A stretch of 63,155 nucleotides of DNA, filler included, from Reticulomyxa filosa (lineage: Eukaryota; Protista; Foraminifera): the NCBI GenBank assembly GCA_000512085.1. It is 17 parts of 17 records of this genome, joined end to end, with 100 filler letters (N's around TTAATTAATTAA, not from the genome) between each part and the next. Parts side by side here need not be neighbours in the genome. Positions count along the whole stretch, not along the records: positions 60,768 to 63,155 come from ASPP01018377.1; 16 more parts are not named here. One strand, written 5' to 3'. The number at the start of each line of letters is the position of its first letter. Position 1 is the stretch's first letter. The notes under the pieces are model-generated. The model was given only the letters and a program-made list of their open reading frames with translations. It had not been told where the DNA came from and did no database searches. Position numbers and translations under genes: made by a program. Below, one piece after another: positions 60,768 to 63,155 of the stretch.

Positions 60768-63155
60768 CTGAAGAGCCTGCCCAACGTGTCCGAGGTGGCC
60801 ACTGTTGGCGGCATGGTGAAGCAGTACCAAGTGGTACTCGACCCGCTGAAGCTGTCGGCTTACCGCATCCCGCAAAGCAAGGTGGTCGCTGCGATTCAGC
60901 AAGCCAATCAGGAAACCGGTGGCTCGGTACTGGAGCTAGCCGAGACCGAGTACATGGTGCGTGCTTCTGGCTATCTGAAGACGCTGGATGACTTCCGCGC
61001 CATCCCGCTCACCACCTCGCAAGCCGGGGTGCCGGTGAAGCTGGGCGACGTCGCCACGGTCCAGCTCGGCCCGGAGATGCGGCGCGGCATCGGTGAGCTC
61101 AACGGCCAGGGCGAGACCGTCGGCGGGGTGGTGATCTTGCGCTCCGGCAAGAACGCGCACGAGACCATCGCGGCCGTCAAAGCCAAGCTGGCCGAACTCA
61201 AGTCCAGTCTGCCGGCTGGGGTGGAGATCGTGCCAACCTATGACCGTAGCCAGTTGATTGACCGTGCCGTGGACAACCTCAAGGACAAGCTCATTGAGGA
61301 GTTCATCGTGGTGGCGGTGGTGTGTGCAGTGTTTCTGTGGCACCTGCGCTCAGCATTGGTAGCGATCGTATCGCTGCCGCTGGGCATCCTGATCGCCTTC
61401 ATCGTGATGCGGGAGCAAGGCGTCAACGCCAACATCATGTCGCTCGGCGGTATCGCCATTGCCATTGGTGCCATGGTCGATGCGGCCGTGGTGATGATCG
61501 AGAACGCGCACAAGCACATCGAAACCTGGCGGCACAAGCACCCGGGCGAAACGCTGGAGAGAGAAACACATTGGCGGGTGATGACCGAGGCGGCGGCCGA
61601 GGTCGGCCCGGCGCTGTTCTTCTCTCTACTGATCATCACGTTGTCCTTCATCCCGGTGTTCACGCTGCAGGCGCAGGAGGGTCGACTGTTCGGGCCGCTG
61701 GCGTTCACCAAGACCTACGCCATGGCTGCGGCAGCCGGCTTGTCGGTGACGTTGATCCCGATCCTGATGGGCTACTGGATTCGCGGCCGCATCCCGGATG
61801 AACATCAGAACCCGCTCAATCGTTGGCTGATCCATTGCTATCGTCCCTTGCTGGATGCGGTGCTACGCCGGCCAAAGACGACGCTGGTCGTTGCGGGTCT
61901 GGCGTTGCTGACTACCCTGTGGCCCGTCAGCCGGCTCGGCGGAGAGTTCATGCCGCCGCTGGACGAAGGTGACCTGCTGTACATGCCGTCGGCGTTGCCT
62001 GGGCTCTCGGCAGCCAAGGCAGCCGAGTTGCTGCAGCAGACCGACCGGCTGATCAAGACCGTACCCGAGGTGGCAAGCGTGTTCGGCAAGGCGGGTCGCG
62101 CCGAGAGCGCCACCGATCCAGCGCCGATCGAGATGTTCGAGACCACCATCCAGTTCAAACCGCGCGCCGCATGGCGACCGGGCATGACCCCGGAAAAACT
62201 GGTCGACGAGTTGGACCGGGTGGTCAAAGTGCCGGGGTTGTCCAACATATGGGTACCGCCGATCCGCAACCGCATAGACATGCTGGCTACCGGCATCAAG
62301 AGCCCGATCGGGGTCAAGGTATCGGGTACTGATCTGGCGGCGATTGACCGGGTGGCACAACGCGTGGAACAGGTCGCCAAGGGCGTTCCCGGCGTCAGTT
62401 CCGCGCTGGCGGAACGGCTGACCGGTGGGCGCTACGTCGACGTTGATATCGATCGTGCCGCGGCGGCGCGTTACGGCCTCAACGTTGCCGACGTGCAGGC
62501 CGTGGTGTCGACGTCTATCGGTGGCGAAAACATCGGTGAAACCATTGAGGGACGGGCGCGCTACCCGATCAACGTGCGCTACCCACGCGAGATCCGTGAC
62601 TCGTTGGAAGGATTGCGCAACCTGCCGATCCTGACTGAAATGGGGCAGCAGATCACACTGGGTGCTGTCGCTACCATCCGCATCAACGATGGCCCTCCAA
62701 TGTTGAAAAGCGAGAACGCCCGCCCGTCGGGCTGGGTATACGTCGACGTGCGTGGCCGAGATCTAGCCTCGGTCGTCGCTGAACTGCGTACCGACATCGC
62801 CAGACAGGTGAAGCTGGAACCTGGTATCAGCCTCGCCTACTCGGGGCAGTTCGAATATATGGAGCGCGCCAACGCCCGATTGAAGCTGGTGGTGCCGGCG
62901 ACGCTGGTGATCATCTTCGTACTGCTCTATCTGACCTTCCGCCGACTGGACGAGGCCGCACTGATCATGGCGACCCTGCCGTTCGCTCTGGTAGGCGGGG
63001 TGTGGTTCCTGTACCTGGCGGGCTACAACCTGTCGGTAGCGACCGGCGTTGGCTTCATTGCGCTGGCCGGGGTGTCTGCGGAATTCGGGGTTGTGATGCT
63101 GCTGTACCTGAAACAGGCAGCGGCCGAGCGACAGGAGCATGGACTCATCTTGGAT
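60768..63155 (+). CDS. cusA: Bacterial CusA/SilA heavy-metal efflux RND transporter, internal 796-codon fragment
   Basis: The frame from 60768 to the window end reads [22 protein letters not shown]..., [74 protein letters not shown] and [11 protein letters not shown]. It is GC-rich and intronless, and is missing from the ORF track because it has no stop in the window. Confidence 0.97.
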   Translation, partial: MKSLPNVSEVATVGGMVKQYQVVLDPLKLSAYRIPQSKVVAAIQQANQETGGSVLELAETEYMVRASGYLKTLDDFRAIPLTTSQAGVPVKLGDVATVQLGPEMRRGIGELNGQGETVGGVVILRSGKNAHETIAAVKAKLAELKSSLPAGVEIVPTYDRSQLIDRAVDNLKDKLIEEFIVVAVVCAVFLWHLRSALVAIVSLPLGILIAFIVMREQGVNANIMSLGGIAIAIGAMVDAAVVMIENAHKHIETWRHKHPGETLERETHWRVMTEAAAEVGPALFFSLLIITLSFIPVFTLQAQEGRLFGPLAFTKTYAMAAAAGLSVTLIPILMGYWIRGRIPDEHQNPLNRWLIHCYRPLLDAVLRRPKTTLVVAGLALLTTLWPVSRLGGEFMPPLDEGDLLYMPSALPGLSAAKAAELLQQTDRLIKTVPEVASVFGKAGRAESATDPAPIEMFETTIQFKPRAAWRPGMTPEKLVDELDRVVKVPGLSNIWVPPIRNRIDMLATGIKSPIGVKVSGTDLAAIDRVAQRVEQVAKGVPGVSSALAERLTGGRYVDVDIDRAAAARYGLNVADVQAVVSTSIGGENIGETIEGRARYPINVRYPREIRDSLEGLRNLPILTEMGQQITLGAVATIRINDGPPMLKSENARPSGWVYVDVRGRDLASVVAELRTDIARQVKLEPGISLAYSGQFEYMERANARLKLVVPATLVIIFVLLYLTFRRLDEAALIMATLPFALVGGVWFLYLAGYNLSVATGVGFIALAGVSAEFGVVMLLYLKQAAAERQEHGLILD

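Noticed and set aside
60720-63140. ORF-track entries in the bacterial contig as separate genes
   Set aside because: They are antisense or off-frame shadows of the single cusA frame, expected in GC-rich DNA.

Overview
This window is not one locus. It is 17 draft contigs joined by artificial 100-nt linkers (44 N + TTAATTAATTAA + 44 N), so only neighbours within a contig are informative. Contigs 1-16 (1-60667) are AT-rich eukaryotic DNA with many short GT-AG introns full of (TA)n and A/T runs, read in the standard genetic code. The gene families (WD40 with a QHW-R...KLGWI leader, caspase-like, NACHT-type HEAT proteins, decayed TRAF/LRR/LINE copies) suggest a rhizarian protist such as the foraminiferan Reticulomyxa; this is an inference from recalled families. 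Recognisable genes are Vms1/ANKZF1, two BTB proteins, a SAM protein, a ferric reductase/NOX C-terminus, an acid sphingomyelinase-like phosphodiesterase, WD40, calcineurin A, RUVBL1, a RecQ4-like helicase, and EF-hand and LamG proteins. The last contig (60768-63155) is GC-rich bacterial DNA encoding a partial CusA/SilA RND pump. The best candidates for new biology are: (1) an intronless NLR-like protein (NACHT-type helical domain, HEAT repeats, ankyrins) ending in a putative CE-clan cysteine protease, lying tail-to-tail with a paracaspase-like gene; (2) a 7-TM protein of the insect chemoreceptor/PHTF (7TMIC) type; (3) a WWE-like/PARP protein lacking the catalytic His, as in ZAP; (4) a dispersed terminal module flanking LINE fragments; (5) 3' splice sites preceded by poly-A instead of a pyrimidine tract. 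All family calls come from motif reading by eye; no database search was run.
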